Assembly: GCA_036172245.1 (NCBI GenBank)
Contig: JAYWIR010000011.1
Coordinates: 124,001 to 188,000 of the forward strand
From: Raillietiella orientalis
Taxonomy: Eukaryota
DNA length: 64,000 bases
Direction: 5' to 3'
Positions 62,700 through 64,000 of this stretch are shown piece by piece. The notes under the pieces are model-generated. The model was not told the DNA's origin. It worked only from the letters and a program-made list of their open reading frames with translations, and made no database searches. How positions within the stretch are numbered: position 1 is the first letter of the stretch; every line of letters starts with the position of its first letter. The position numbers and the translations under genes were made by a program.

Positions 62700-63180
62700 A
62701 CATCGTGGGGCCTCGTAGGGGGCAGTTGGGATGCCTGCGTTCCCCTGAGGTAGTGGCTTCCTGCGTAATCGTTTCTCTTAATGGGCAGTGGCTACAAACG
62801 AATCCTCAAGCGTCTTCGGGATGAGAGGGCCCAGCCCACTCGTTCATCCCTGGGCACTTCCCGTCCAAAGATCCGGGACGTCGGTCTGTTAACAAGAGAT
62901 GTCGAGCGTCTCCTCGAAAGCGTGAATGGGTCAGCGGCAGGGAATCCTCGTCGTCCTGCTGTCTTTTCCTGTCGCTCGCGGAATTTCCTTCAAGCCCTAC
63001 CCGTCATGGATTTTCCGATCAGTGCAATCCAGATCCTTGGGATCGTCAGGGATCACTTGAAGTAATGAGGGAGCAAATAGGTTGATTGCCACGCAGCGCT
63101 TGTTTGCCGATGGGTCGCAGGAAGGTGCAGGCTAATGCCTTGGTAAACTCGGGTTAATCATTTGATGGCAACCCACGTGG
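62700..63180 (-). mobile_element. Possible highly decayed Gypsy-type integrase C-terminal remnant
   Basis: FRGD...RRPGSLDGKCPGMNEWAGP resembles the GPY/F module. The reading frames are broken. Confidence 0.3.
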
Positions 63181-64000
63181 TGAATCGGGGGCGAATCCGC
63201 AAACACGAAATCCCGCACACTGGCAGGCAGCATCCATCCGCGGCAGGATCATCCTCGTGATGCTGCGACGACCGGAAAGCGGAAGTGTTTTATTCCCCAA
63301 CGCTAACGTGCTTGTATTTTTTTTCTTTTCTTTTCTTGCCCCAAGTGCTACTCTTGTAAGAAAACTGCTTGTCCGGTACGAGTGCCGGTCGGAAAAATCC
63401 TATCGAAGGTGTCGAAGGTTCTCGTGGACACCGCCCGTTGCTTTCCTTCTTCTGCCGATGGGAGCAGATGCCGCGGTCAGCGCGCGCGTGTGGGAGAGCT
63501 TACGGACCCCTGGAACCGCGTCTTCGGCAAGTGCCTGCCGGTGCTTCTTATCTCGGGGCCCGCCGGCTTCCCGAGAAGACGTGCTTCACATCGGTCCGTG
63601 AGCTGCACGACGGCGCAACCCATATACCGTACGCAGTATATACAGTATGCGTTCGCGGCTGCCAAGTTTCCGGTTGTCGCCGCATCTTTCAGCGGCGGAT
63701 GAGAGATCAAAAGACAGCCGTTGCCTTCGGTCGGAAGATGGTGAGGGCGTTGGATGGATGGATGCCTCGCTGACGCGGAACCGCGGCGGTCCCGGAGCTC
63801 CGGGTCTGCCTGCCGGTGCTCCTGTCCGTCGTCGGAATGTTCCATTCTGTCTCCGTTTGTGCCGGAGAATCGCCTTGCGAAAGCACCGAAGAACATGACT
63901 TCGGGAGGGGGGAACGAACAAAGCAACATCCAGATGAAGAGATGGCAGTTTGCGAAACCTCTTTGGTTTCCATAGCGCCTTCCTGTTCGGAGGTCTTCCG

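Noticed and set aside
1..64000. The many 100-375 aa ORFs in the six-frame track
   Set aside because: They are Arg/Pro/Gly/Ser-rich, overlap on both strands and carry no domains, as expected in GC-rich non-coding or decayed TE DNA.
1..64000. CRISPR array, intact tRNA or rRNA genes, hammerhead ribozymes
   Set aside because: No regularly spaced repeats or complete cloverleaf were seen, and the CTGATGA sites inspected lack stem II plus GAAA.

Overview
This is eukaryotic genomic DNA, most likely an arthropod (inferred from an alphaPS1-like integrin and a Wolbachia-like fragment). It is mostly GC/CpG-rich and dense in decayed repeats, so most entries in the ORF track are spurious. Four spliced genes could be rebuilt by hand: a divergent tetraspanin (+, first exon upstream of the window), NFU1 (-, 5 coding exons, 268 aa), a class I eIF4E (-, 4 coding exons, 202 aa), and exon 1 of an alphaPS1/mew-like integrin alpha (+). 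eIF4E and NFU1 are tandem and appear to have only one promoter region between them. NFU1 intron 3 carries an 84-bp stop-free fragment of a bacterial IS5-family transposase. At 36.2-41.7 kb there is a nest of five Tx1/L1-like non-LTR retrotransposon copies; one has a 5' inversion, and their 3' UTRs share covarying stem-loops. Also present: a truncated U2 snRNA fragment, a candidate tRNA-derived SINE family, a ~150-bp inverted repeat pair, a 64-bp palindrome and an exact 169-bp tandem duplication. All homology calls come from motif recognition by eye, not database searches.
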